Assembly: GCA_017471405.1 (NCBI GenBank)
Contig: JAFUTK010000052.1
Coordinates: 2,432-66,431, forward strand
Direction: 5' to 3'
From: Ruminococcus sp.
Lineage (GTDB): Bacteria > Bacillota > Clostridia > Oscillospirales > Ruminococcaceae
DNA: 64,000 nucleotides
Below, piece after piece: positions 18,905 to 28,126 of this stretch. The notes below the pieces were generated by a model, which ran no database searches, was not told the origin of the DNA, and saw nothing but the letters and a program-made list of their open reading frames with translations. Within the stretch, counting starts at the first letter, position 1. Each line of letters opens with the position of its first letter. A program made the position numbers and the translations under genes.

Positions 18905-19507
18905 ATGGCTGACCCAAGAGAGCTAATGGACAAATTCAAAAGAATCTATAACGAGAACATCACCCGCCCGGGAGCCGACCGGCTGCTGGAATATCTTCTG
19001 TCGCAGAACAGTGATTTCTTTGTGGCGCCTGCCTCGACGAAATATCACAGCTCCTATGAGGGCGGCCTTTGCCAGCACTCAATAAACGTTTATGAGTGCC
19101 TTAAGGCCTACTGCGAGCGGGAGCGCGTCAGGGAGCTTTACGGTCTTGACTTCTCCGATGAGAGCATAGCTATCGTGGGACTGCTCCACGACATCTGCAA
19201 GGTGAACATCTACGAGACCAGTCTGCGCAACGTCAAAAACGACCAGACCGGCGTGTGGGAGAAGGTGCCCTATTATTCCTTCAACGATATGCTGCCCTAC
19301 GGTCACGGTGAGAAGAGCGTTTACATAATCTCCGGGTTCATGCGCCTGACCAGGGAGGAGGCCTTTGCTATCCGCTGGCATATGGGTTTCTCCGGCGAGG
19401 AGAACAAGAACACCATCGGCAAGGCGCTGGAGCTTTTCCCGCTGGCGCTGGCGGTGAACATCGCTGATATGGAGGCTACCTTCCTTATGGAGGGCGGAAA
19501 GACCTGA
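18905..19507 (+). CDS. HD-domain phosphohydrolase
   Basis: 'APASTKYH..YEGGLCQHS', 'LLHDICK', 'GHGEKS', 'WHMG'; RBS ggagg. Confidence 0.88.
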   Translation: MADPRELMDKFKRIYNENITRPGADRLLEYLLSQNSDFFVAPASTKYHSSYEGGLCQHSINVYECLKAYCERERVRELYGLDFSDESIAIVGLLHDICKVNIYETSLRNVKNDQTGVWEKVPYYSFNDMLPYGHGEKSVYIISGFMRLTREEAFAIRWHMGFSGEENKNTIGKALELFPLALAVNIADMEATFLMEGGKT

Positions 19508-19541
19508 TGCGCAGGCGCTTGTGCGCCTGCTAAGATTATAT

Positions 19542-19675
19542 TGAATAATGAATAACGAATAATGAATAATTAAGGTATCCAGGCTAATTGCAAGCAATTA
19601 GCCGAAAGTTTGCTTCGCAAACATTTGGCTGCGCCGATGATTTCCGAGCGCCCCCCTTTCGGGCGCTTGTTTTTG
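19542..19675. repeat. Heptamer tandem (YGAATAA x4) followed by a cluster of hairpins (REP/MITE-like)
   Basis: tgaataa tgaataa cgaataa tgaataa; then ggctaattgc-aa-gcaattagcc, gtttgc-ttc-gcaaac, and agcgccc...gggcgct with a T tail. Confidence 0.7.
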
Positions 19676-19688
19676 TCTCTGGGTTTTG

Positions 19689-19717
19689 TTGACAAAACTA
19701 TATAAATATGATAGAAT
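19689..19717 (+). promoter_or_regulatory. SigA promoter
   Basis: TTGACA-N17-TAGAAT with an extended TG. Confidence 0.7.
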
Positions 19718-19752
19718 AGTTTTATACACTAAACCTTTAAAGGAGCATTGCT

Positions 19753-20535
19753 ATGGATAAGCGGAAGGTCATCTATTATACCGACGAGCGCAACGATGAA
19801 TTTTCCGTAGCAGAGATAACTCCCAAAAAGATAGACGGCGACTGGGTATATGTGCATCACTCCCGCTTCAAGAGGTTTACCCACTTCTTCTGGTATCGTG
19901 TAGTCGCCACGCCCATTGCCTTTGCCTTTGTTAAGACGGTTTTCGGGCAGGTGACGAAAGGAGCGGGGAAGTTCAGACGTCACAAAAATGACGGCTATTT
20001 CCTCTACGGCAACCACACACAGGATATCGCCGATGCCTTTATCCCCAATGTAATAAATTTCCCCAAGACAAATTATATTATAGTACACCCCAACAATGTG
20101 TCTATGCCCGCTTTGGGAAGGGTCACCCCCTCGCTGGGAGCGCTGCCCCTGCCGGAGGGCGTGGAGGCCTACCGCAATTTCAAGGAAGCTATTGAGACCC
20201 GCATTGCTGAGGGGCACTGCGTGGTGGTCTACCCGGAGGCGCATATCTGGCCATATTATACCGGCATACGCCCCTTCCCGGACACATCCTTCTCCTATCC
20301 CGCCAAGCTGGGAGCGCCGGTCTACTGCTTTACAAACACCTATCGCAAGCGGGCGTTCTTCAAGCACCCCCGGATAGTCACAGTAGTAGACGGCCCCTTT
20401 TACCCGGATATGGATAAGCCGTTGAGGGAGCGCAGACGCGAGCTGCGGGACAGGGTATATAAGACTATGTGCAAACGCGCAGAGCTTTCCAACCATGTTC
20501 AGATAAAATACATCAGGAAGGGAGAGGCAAAATGA
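19753..20535 (+). CDS. PlsC/LPLAT-family acyltransferase
   Basis: NHTQDIAD (H-x5-D variant) and 'VVYPEAH'. Confidence 0.8.
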   Translation: MDKRKVIYYTDERNDEFSVAEITPKKIDGDWVYVHHSRFKRFTHFFWYRVVATPIAFAFVKTVFGQVTKGAGKFRRHKNDGYFLYGNHTQDIADAFIPNVINFPKTNYIIVHPNNVSMPALGRVTPSLGALPLPEGVEAYRNFKEAIETRIAEGHCVVVYPEAHIWPYYTGIRPFPDTSFSYPAKLGAPVYCFTNTYRKRAFFKHPRIVTVVDGPFYPDMDKPLRERRRELRDRVYKTMCKRAELSNHVQIKYIRKGEAK

Positions 20536-21368
20536 TACACCTGCTCTTCTGCGGCAACGACGGCGTATTTGACGGAGTGCTTACCTGCACCCTATCGGCA
20601 CTTATGCGCACAGAGAACCGTGAACCCTTCTGCATACATATCTTCACTATGGACGTCTCTCACCTTGATGAGAGATACATCCCCATCAGCCCGGAGAAAG
20701 CGGCGCTGCTGGAGCGGACTGTGAAGAGGTACAACTCGCAGAGCTGTGTGACCGTTCACGATGTCACACAGCTGTATATGAAGTACTTCTCCGGCTGCCC
20801 CAATGAGGGGGCCTACTGCTCCCCCTACACGCTGATAAGGCTCTTTGCCGACCTTGTCCCCGGTATGCCTGATAAGCTGCTATATCTGGACGCGGACATT
20901 ATGTTCAACCGGGATATAAGGCTTTTGTGGGACACTCCTTTAGAGGGCTATGAGTACGCCGCCGCAAGGGACCACTACGGCAAGTATCTCATTAATCCCA
21001 ACTACATCAACGCCGGAGTGCTTCTGTTCAATATTGCGCAGGCGAGGAAGACCGGCCTTTTCAAGAAAGCCCGCTGGTGGATAAGGAAGCAAAAGCTCAC
21101 CTTTGCCGATCAGAGCGCACTTATCCGCTCCACTACGAGAAGAAAGGTGCTGCCCCAGCGCTTCAACGACCAGAAGTTTCTGCATAAGCACACCGTTATC
21201 AGGCATTTTTCAAAGCGGTTGTTCTGGCTGCCTTATCCCCATACCGACAACATCAAGCAGTGGCATATCGAAAAGGTGCATAAGGTTTTCGGCTACCGGC
21301 AGTTTGACGATATCTACAAAGAGTACAGACGCATCACCAAGACACTGACCAGCAAGGAGAAGCTATGA
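20532..21368 (+). CDS. Glycosyltransferase family 8
   Basis: 'IRLF', DxD motif YLDAD, 'YINAGVLL', 'DQSAL'; ATGA coupling. Confidence 0.85.
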   Translation: MIHLLFCGNDGVFDGVLTCTLSALMRTENREPFCIHIFTMDVSHLDERYIPISPEKAALLERTVKRYNSQSCVTVHDVTQLYMKYFSGCPNEGAYCSPYTLIRLFADLVPGMPDKLLYLDADIMFNRDIRLLWDTPLEGYEYAAARDHYGKYLINPNYINAGVLLFNIAQARKTGLFKKARWWIRKQKLTFADQSALIRSTTRRKVLPQRFNDQKFLHKHTVIRHFSKRLFWLPYPHTDNIKQWHIEKVHKVFGYRQFDDIYKEYRRITKTLTSKEKL

Positions 21369-23125
21369 ACGAGACCATGATCCCCATATTCTACGCCTGC
21401 GACGAGGCATTTGTGAAGTACACAATAGTGTCGCTCCACTCGATGATGAAGAACGCCTCGCGTGAGCATAAATATCTCATACATATACTTCACACCGACA
21501 TTTCGGAAGAAAGACAGCAGCAGGTGCTCTCTATGGCAGACGAGTGCTTTGAGATACGCTTTGTTGACGTGTCCGAGTATCTGCGCTCCATCTCCGATAA
21601 GCTGCCCCTTAGGGACTACTACTCCAAGACCACCTACTACCGCCTGTTCATCGCGGAGATGTTCCCCGACTATCAGAAGGCGGTGTACATTGACAGCGAC
21701 ACTGTGGTGCCGGGAGATATCAGCGAATTCTTCCTCACCGATATCAGAGATGCCTACGTTGGCGCCTGCCACGAGCAGGTGATGATACAGGAGGACGTTT
21801 ACGGCACCTATGTCGAGAAGGTGGTGGGAGTCTCCCGCTACAACTTCTTCAACGCCGGCATACTGCTCATCAACTGCGAGCAGTTCAGGCTGCACTTCGT
21901 GCTGGATAAGTTCATTCAGTATCTGCTCTATTACAACTTCGTGGTGACACAGGACGAGGATTATTTAAACCTCATCTGCAAGGACCACGTTTACTGGATA
22001 GACCAGCGCTGGAACACCGAGATCTTCGGTACCCTGCCCCACCCCATCGAGCAGGCGAATATGATACACTACATAATGACAAGCAAGCCATGGCATTATG
22101 CCGACTGCCCCTATGGCGATATCTTCTGGGACTATGCCAAGGAGACCTCCGTTTTTGAGGAGATAAAAAATGTTTTGGAGACCTACCCGCAGGAGGAGAT
22201 AGACAAGGATTCCAAGGTGGCGGGAAGCCTGCTGGCGCTGGCTGTCTCGGAGACCGAAAGGGAGGACAATTTCCTCAACCGCCTCAATCGGGACAAGCGG
22301 GCGCAGGACAGAGTTGAGATAGTCCACAAGATAGAGCAGTACGAGCGCGAGGGGCGCTTTGACGAGGACGTGGAGAACGACCCTCCCGGCAGGGTGCTGA
22401 TGCCCGACGATATCGAGTATATCCGAAAGAGCACCTCCGAACAGCTGAAAACCAAGTTCGCCTTCAAGATGGCAAGGAAGTTTGTCAACGACCTCATCAA
22501 GGACAAAAAGCTCATCATCAAGGAGATAAAGGGCATCGAGAACTTCAAGGGACTGGCATCGGGTGCGGTCATCACCTGCAACCACTTCAACGCCTTTGAC
22601 AGCTTTGCCATACAGCTGGCCTACGATGCCGCTCAGCAGCAGGGCAGGGATTTCTGGAGAGTTATCCGGGAAGGCAACTACACCTCCTTCCCCGGGTTCT
22701 ACGGCTTTCTGATGCGCCACTGCAACACTCTGCCGCTGTCCTCCAATTTCGATACGATGAAGAAGTTTTTCAGCGCCATCGGCGAGCTTATCAGGGAGGG
22801 GCATTTTGTGCTGTTCTACCCCGAGCAGAGCATGTGGTGGAACTACCGCAAGCCAAAGCCCTTAAAGCGGGGAGCCTATATGTGCGCCGTAAAGAACGAG
22901 GCCCCGGTGCTGCCCTGCTTCATCACTATGAAGGACACCGACATCGTGGGCGAGGACGGTTTCTTCATTCAGGAGTACACTATCCACATAAGCGAGCCCA
23001 TCTACCCTGACGCTTCTCTTCCAAAGCGTCAGCGGGAGGCCAAGATGATGGAGACAAACTCCCGTCTCTGGAAGGAGATATATGAGCGGGAATATAACAT
23101 CCCCCTTTCCTACACGACAGAATAA
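21365..23125 (+). CDS. GT8 glycosyltransferase fused to a C-terminal PlsC-like acyltransferase
   Basis: N-terminal 'YYRLFI', YIDSD, 'FNAGILL', 'QDED', 'KPW'; C-terminal NHFNAFD (HxxxxD) and 'FYPEQS'. Confidence 0.88.
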   Translation: MNETMIPIFYACDEAFVKYTIVSLHSMMKNASREHKYLIHILHTDISEERQQQVLSMADECFEIRFVDVSEYLRSISDKLPLRDYYSKTTYYRLFIAEMFPDYQKAVYIDSDTVVPGDISEFFLTDIRDAYVGACHEQVMIQEDVYGTYVEKVVGVSRYNFFNAGILLINCEQFRLHFVLDKFIQYLLYYNFVVTQDEDYLNLICKDHVYWIDQRWNTEIFGTLPHPIEQANMIHYIMTSKPWHYADCPYGDIFWDYAKETSVFEEIKNVLETYPQEEIDKDSKVAGSLLALAVSETEREDNFLNRLNRDKRAQDRVEIVHKIEQYEREGRFDEDVENDPPGRVLMPDDIEYIRKSTSEQLKTKFAFKMARKFVNDLIKDKKLIIKEIKGIENFKGLASGAVITCNHFNAFDSFAIQLAYDAAQQQGRDFWRVIREGNYTSFPGFYGFLMRHCNTLPLSSNFDTMKKFFSAIGELIREGHFVLFYPEQSMWWNYRKPKPLKRGAYMCAVKNEAPVLPCFITMKDTDIVGEDGFFIQEYTIHISEPIYPDASLPKRQREAKMMETNSRLWKEIYEREYNIPLSYTTE

Positions 23126-23126
23126 C

Positions 23127-23173
23127 AAAAAAAGCGGTATCTTCCTTGAGGCGGAAGATGCCGCTTTTTATTT
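23127..23173. terminator. Bidirectional terminator
   Basis: aaaaaaagcggtatcttcc...ggaagatgccgcttttt between convergent genes. Confidence 0.8.
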
Positions 23174-24321
23174 TAAATCAACGCCCTTTTGAGCCTATCA
23201 AGTCCATCAGCGAGCATTGTGCGCGGGCAGGCGATGTTCATTCTGAGGAAGCACCCCCTGCCGCCGTAAATGCTGCCGTCTGAGAGAAACAGCCCGGTAG
23301 ACTTACGGATATGCTCCGCAAGGGCGCTTGGGTCGTCGGAGAGAGCGCTGCAATCCAGCCACATCAGATATGTGGCGTTTGACGCCACCGGCTTTATGGC
23401 GGGGAGATTTTCGGCGATGAACTCCGCCGCTATACGCTTGTTCTCTGCAAGGTACTCCCGCAGGGCATCCAGCCAGTCTCCGCCCTTTGTGAACGCCGCT
23501 ATTGCTGCCTGTACCGCAAAGCTGTTGGGCTCGGCGGCTTCGTCGGTGTTAAGCGCCCGCCATACCTTATGCCGCAGGCGGGGATTCGGAACTATGGCCG
23601 CAGCGGTCTGCAAGCCCGCCAAATTGAACGCCTTTGTAGGGGACACGCACACCACGCAGTTATCCCGGCACTTTTCCGATACCGAGGCAAAGGGAATATA
23701 CTCATAGCCCGGGTCGGTGAGGTCGCAGTGTATCTCGTCGGAGATGACGGTGACGCCGTTGTCATATGCCAGCTCGCCTATCCTTGCCAGCGTTTCCTTG
23801 TCCCAGATAATGCCCGCCGGGTTGTGCGGGTTTGAGAGTATCATCAGAGTGGTCTGTGGGTCGGCAAGAGCAGCCTCGAGGCGCTCAAAGTCAATGCTGT
23901 ACTTCCCGCAGGAGTAGTCAAGCTCCACTTTTTTGATGTTGCGCCCGTTGTTGAAAATGCAGTTGAAGAACACGTTGTAGACAGGGGTAAGCACCACCAC
24001 ATTCTCGGCGGGGGTGGTGAGCTTTCTCACGCAGCTGGAAAGAATGGGGATAACTCCGGTGGCGAAGATAAGCTGCTCCCGGGAATACTCAACTCCGTGG
24101 CGCTCCCTCCACCAACCGATATAAGCGTCCTTCCATTCGTCAGGGACGATGTTATATCCGAACACTCCATGCCGGACACGCTCCTCAAAAGCGGCGATTA
24201 TCTCCGGGGCGGTCTTGAAGTCCATATCCGCCACCCACATAGGCAGCTCGCCCTCAGCTATATCCCACTTGTAGGAGAAGGTCCCGCTGCGGTCGGTGAC
24301 TGTATCGAAATCGTAGGGCAT
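23173..24321 (-). CDS. patB: MalY/PatB-family PLP-dependent C-S lyase (cystathionine beta-lyase)
   Basis: 'PMWVADMDF', 'NPHNP', 'SDEIH', PLP lysine in SPTKAFN, 'YLMWLD'. Confidence 0.88.
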   Translation of the reverse strand: MPYDFDTVTDRSGTFSYKWDIAEGELPMWVADMDFKTAPEIIAAFEERVRHGVFGYNIVPDEWKDAYIGWWRERHGVEYSREQLIFATGVIPILSSCVRKLTTPAENVVVLTPVYNVFFNCIFNNGRNIKKVELDYSCGKYSIDFERLEAALADPQTTLMILSNPHNPAGIIWDKETLARIGELAYDNGVTVISDEIHCDLTDPGYEYIPFASVSEKCRDNCVVCVSPTKAFNLAGLQTAAAIVPNPRLRHKVWRALNTDEAAEPNSFAVQAAIAAFTKGGDWLDALREYLAENKRIAAEFIAENLPAIKPVASNATYLMWLDCSALSDDPSALAEHIRKSTGLFLSDGSIYGGRGCFLRMNIACPRTMLADGLDRLKRALI

Positions 24322-24322
24322 A

Positions 24323-25177
24323 TCAGCTTTCCTCCGTGCCTGTGATTATTATCTCTGTCTTGGAGACGTCCACCCGCTCCGGCTCCATTATCAGCTCCTT
24401 GATGCCACCCGCCCGGATAACTCCGGAGGTGGGGTTCTTGACGCTGTCAACAAAGCCCGTTATCTCGGCGTCGATGAACGAGGAATACTCAAAGGAGAGG
24501 GTGGTGTTTACGAGCCGGCAGTTGATGAGCCGCAGCCCCTCGATAAAGCAGAGCCCCTGCAGGCTTTCCAGCGTGCAGTCCTCAAAGGTGAGGTTTTTGG
24601 AGTTCCAGCCCAGATACTCGCCGGATATGCAGCTGTTCTTCACATAGATGTTCTCGCAGTTCCAGAAGGCGTCCTTGCTCAAAAGGCGGGAATTGGTGAC
24701 GGTGATGTTGCGCCCGCCGTCAAAGCTGTAGTTGCCGTCCAGCTTTAAATTATCCACCTTGACGTTCTCGCAGTTCATAGCGAGGTAGTCGCCCTTGGCC
24801 TTTACGTTTTTGAGGGAAACGTTCCGGCACTGCCACAGTGTTTCGGCGGCATTTGAGAAGGTGACGTTTTCCAGCTCTATGACGTCGCAGCGGCGAAAGC
24901 CCTTAGGCGCATCGTAGACGGTGTTACAGACCGAGACGTTGTTTGTATACCATATCCCGGCCCGGGCAGTATCGGTTAAGGTGCAGTCCCGCACCTGTAT
25001 ATTATTGCTGTACCAGAGGGGGTATTTCCAGCGGAACTCGCTGCCCTCTAAAATTATGTCCCGGCTGTGCTTTAAGGGGGATTCGCCGTCCTCGAAAGTA
25101 CCTCCGGTGATACTGAGCCCGCTTGCTGCAAACAGCGCCCGCTCGCCTGTATATGTTCCTCCTATGAGCTGCTTCAT
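24323..25177 (-). CDS. DUF3737-family beta-helix protein
   Basis: 'GERALF', 'GESPLK', 'WKYPLW', 'SKDAFW', 'GEYLGW'; commonly paired with patB. Confidence 0.85.
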   Translation of the reverse strand: MKQLIGGTYTGERALFAASGLSITGGTFEDGESPLKHSRDIILEGSEFRWKYPLWYSNNIQVRDCTLTDTARAGIWYTNNVSVCNTVYDAPKGFRRCDVIELENVTFSNAAETLWQCRNVSLKNVKAKGDYLAMNCENVKVDNLKLDGNYSFDGGRNITVTNSRLLSKDAFWNCENIYVKNSCISGEYLGWNSKNLTFEDCTLESLQGLCFIEGLRLINCRLVNTTLSFEYSSFIDAEITGFVDSVKNPTSGVIRAGGIKELIMEPERVDVSKTEIIITGTEES

Positions 25178-25339
25178 AGTTATGCTCCTTTATGTGATAT
25201 TCCGACAGCCCCGCTGTCCTTATTTATACTGCATGAGTATATTATACCATATTGTAACGGATTTGACAACACCCTGCCATTGAATTTTCTGTTTCTTTGT
25301 GGTATCATCATAATGTAGCACTATGACGCCGGAGGTGAT

Positions 25340-25999
25340 ATGATGAGATACAGGCTTGCGGTCTTTGATTTCGACCTTACCCTTGCCGATTCCACAAAGC
25401 CCATAATCGAATGCTTTAAATATACGCTTGATAAGTTCGGCTATCCGCCGGTGTCCGATGAGGAGATATTTGCGACCATCGGCAAGACCCTGCTTGACTC
25501 CTTCGATATCCTCACCGGCATACCAAACAACCCTCAGCGGGAGCAAATGCGGGTGGAGTATGTTAAAAAGGCGGACAGCATAATGGCCTCCGGCACCGAG
25601 TTCTACCCCGACGCCATCGCCATATTGCAGATACTTCAGAACGCCGGAGTAAAGACCGCCATCGTTTCCTCAAAGATGAAATACCGCATAGAGGAGACCT
25701 TTATGCTCCACACCGGCAGCGTTCCCGTTGACCTGATAATCGGGCTTAACGACACCGCCGCACCAAAGCCTGCTCCGGACGGCATCCTCAAAGCGGGGGA
25801 GGAGCTGGGCGTGCCCCTTGAGGATATCCTCTACGTAGGAGATAATCTGATAGATGCCGAGACCGCCCGCAATGCGGGGGTGGATTTCGCCGCCGTCACC
25901 ACCGGCTCCACCGCAAGGGAAGAGTTTGAGAGCCTGCCACATATTTACATTGGTGACAGTCTGCTGGATATTTTCACGTCTATTAATAACAATGAGTAA
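25340..25999 (+). CDS. HAD-family phosphatase (phosphoglycolate phosphatase-like)
   Basis: FDFDLTL, 'KPAPD', 'YVGD...D'. Confidence 0.9.
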   Translation: MMRYRLAVFDFDLTLADSTKPIIECFKYTLDKFGYPPVSDEEIFATIGKTLLDSFDILTGIPNNPQREQMRVEYVKKADSIMASGTEFYPDAIAILQILQNAGVKTAIVSSKMKYRIEETFMLHTGSVPVDLIIGLNDTAAPKPAPDGILKAGEELGVPLEDILYVGDNLIDAETARNAGVDFAAVTTGSTAREEFESLPHIYIGDSLLDIFTSINNNE

Positions 26000-26102
26000 A
26001 AATAGGTTTAACAATGTGTGAATAAGCCTTGCCATATCCGCTAGGAAATGGTATAATATAAAGATGAATAATTCGGATATCCGAATTGAAAGGATAAGCG
26101 CT

Positions 26103-26981
26103 ATGATAAAAAGTATGACAGGCTTCGGCAGGGAGAGAAAGGTCTTAGGCTCCCGGGAAATACTCGTGGAGATAAGGTCTGTCAATCACCGCTATTATGA
26201 ATTCACCGCCAAGACCCCCAGAGCCTACGGCTATCTGGACGAAAAGCTCAAAGCATTTATGCACGGAGCCATCACCAGAGGCAAGGTGGAGGTCTCGGTC
26301 TCCATTTACAATCAGGAGGGCGTAAACGCCAATATCGAGATAAACAGGGAGATAGCCAAGGGCTACCTGAATGCTCTGCGCAGCTCCGCAGAGGAGCTTG
26401 ATTTGGAGGACGATCTTAAGCTCTCCAATGTGCTGCGCCTGCCGGACGTTTTCACAGTTGTCAAGGTAATTGATGACGAGGAGGAGATATGGCAGCAGGT
26501 CAGCGAGGTGGCAGCCGCCGCTCTCGAGCGTTTTGTTGAGATGAGAGTTACCGAGGGCGAGAAGATGTACGCCGATATATCCTCGAGGCTCGATATGATA
26601 GAAGAAACGGTGGAGAAGATAGAAAAGCTCTCCCCAGCGTCTGTGGACGCTTACAGACAGCGGCTCTATGACAAGATAGCCGAGGTGGTGGGAGACCGCA
26701 ATATCGACGAGAGCAGGATACTCACCGAGGCTGCAATATTTGCGGACAAGATAGCCGTCGATGAGGAAACTGTGAGACTGAAAAGCCACATCTCCCAGTT
26801 CAGGGAGCTGCTTCAAAGCGGCGAGCCGGTGGGCAGAAAGCTGGATTTCCTCGTGCAGGAGATGAACAGAGAAGTCAACACCACAGGCTCCAAGGCATCC
26901 GAATTGGAGATAACCCGTATGGTAGTTGATATGAAGTCTGAGATAGAAAAGATCAGAGAACAGATTCAGAACATCGAATAA
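26103..26981 (+). CDS. yloC: YicC/YloC-family endoribonuclease
   Basis: 'MIKSMTGFG', 'SVNHRY', 'GRKLDFLVQEMNREVNT', 'EQIQNIE'. Confidence 0.93.
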   Translation: MIKSMTGFGRERKVLGSREILVEIRSVNHRYYEFTAKTPRAYGYLDEKLKAFMHGAITRGKVEVSVSIYNQEGVNANIEINREIAKGYLNALRSSAEELDLEDDLKLSNVLRLPDVFTVVKVIDDEEEIWQQVSEVAAAALERFVEMRVTEGEKMYADISSRLDMIEETVEKIEKLSPASVDAYRQRLYDKIAEVVGDRNIDESRILTEAAIFADKIAVDEETVRLKSHISQFRELLQSGEPVGRKLDFLVQEMNREVNTTGSKASELEITRMVVDMKSEIEKIREQIQNIE

Positions 26982-26996
26982 AGCGGAGGTGACCTG

Positions 26997-27254
26997 ATGA
27001 GGCTGATAAACATAGGCTTCGGGAATATGGTCTCGGCGGCAAGGCTCATAGCTCTTGTTACCCCCGAGTCCGCCCCCGTCAAGAGAATGATACAGGAGGC
27101 AAGGGATAAGGGGACACTTATCGACGCCACCTGCGGCAGAAGAACAAGAACAGTGCTCATTATGGACAGCGACCATGTAGTGCTGTCGGCTGTGGCTCCG
27201 GAAACGGTGGGCGGCAGATTTGAGGATAGGGAGGTGCCGGACAATGAAGAATGA
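26997..27254 (+). CDS. remA: RemA/DUF370 regulator
   Basis: 'INIGFGNMV', '[10 protein letters not shown]'; conserved position before gmk. Confidence 0.9.
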   Translation: MRLINIGFGNMVSAARLIALVTPESAPVKRMIQEARDKGTLIDATCGRRTRTVLIMDSDHVVLSAVAPETVGGRFEDREVPDNEE

Positions 27255-27882
27255 CGCAAGGCTGTTTGTTATATCCGCACCCTCCGGCTGCGGAAAGGGA
27301 ACTATCCTTAGCAGAGTGTTTGCGGATATAGACGTTTACTATTCAGTATCCTGCACGACCAGAGAGCCCCGCGAGGGCGAGGAGGACGGCGTTCATTACC
27401 ACTTCCTCACCGATGAGCAGTTCAAGGCTATGATAGAAGAGGACGGCTTTTTGGAGTATGCCGAGTTTGTAAAGCACAGCTACGGCACTCCCAAGCAGCC
27501 GGTGCTTGACAGCCTCGCCGCCGGGCGGGACGTGGTGCTGGAGATAGAAACTCAGGGTGCCTTCCAGATAAAGGAGAAAATGCCCGAGGCGGTGCTGATA
27601 TTCATTCTCGCCCCCTCTGTCAGAGAGATAAGGCGCAGGCTCTACAAGCGCGCCACCGAAGAGGCAGAGGTCATTGAGAACAGAGTTGCCAAGGCGTCGG
27701 AGGAGATAGCCAAGGCGCTCAGATATGACTACGTTGTGATGAACGACGAGCTGGAGCAGGCAGTGGCAGACTTTGAAACGGTCTACCGCGCAGCCAAGTC
27801 GGGGGACGGCTCCGCCGACAGCTTTAAAACAGACAGGGAAGAAATTATAAATATGATTAACGAGGTGCTTGAAAATGCTTAG
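27244..27882 (+). CDS. gmk: Guanylate kinase
   Basis: '[10 protein letters not shown]', '[13 protein letters not shown]', 'YGTP'. Confidence 0.95.
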   Translation: MKNDARLFVISAPSGCGKGTILSRVFADIDVYYSVSCTTREPREGEEDGVHYHFLTDEQFKAMIEEDGFLEYAEFVKHSYGTPKQPVLDSLAAGRDVVLEIETQGAFQIKEKMPEAVLIFILAPSVREIRRRLYKRATEEAEVIENRVAKASEEIAKALRYDYVVMNDELEQAVADFETVYRAAKSGDGSADSFKTDREEIINMINEVLENA

Positions 27883-28099
27883 ACCCGCAGTAGTACAGAT
27901 ACTCAAAAACAACGAGAGCTATTATTCTCTCGTGCTGGCAGTTGCCAAGAGAGCAAGACAGATAACCGACGAGGCTTTGGAGAACAAGGATAAGGACAAG
28001 GATAAATATATCCTGAATGAGAAGCCCGTCAAGACCGCCGTTGACGAGTTCGCCTCCGGCGAGTACAAGATAATCGAGGACCCCAGCTTAAGAGGCTGA
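27875..28099 (+). CDS. rpoZ: RNA polymerase omega subunit
   Basis: 'YSLVLAVAKRARQI', 'KPVKTA'; follows gmk. Confidence 0.9.
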   Translation: MLRPAVVQILKNNESYYSLVLAVAKRARQITDEALENKDKDKDKYILNEKPVKTAVDEFASGEYKIIEDPSLRG

Positions 28100-28126
28100 C
28101 TGTAAACACTTTGGGAGGGATAGGCT

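Noticed and set aside
25178-25339. S-box or T-box leader for DUF3737-patB
   Set aside because: The spacer is short, is shared with a divergent gene and shows no riboswitch motifs.
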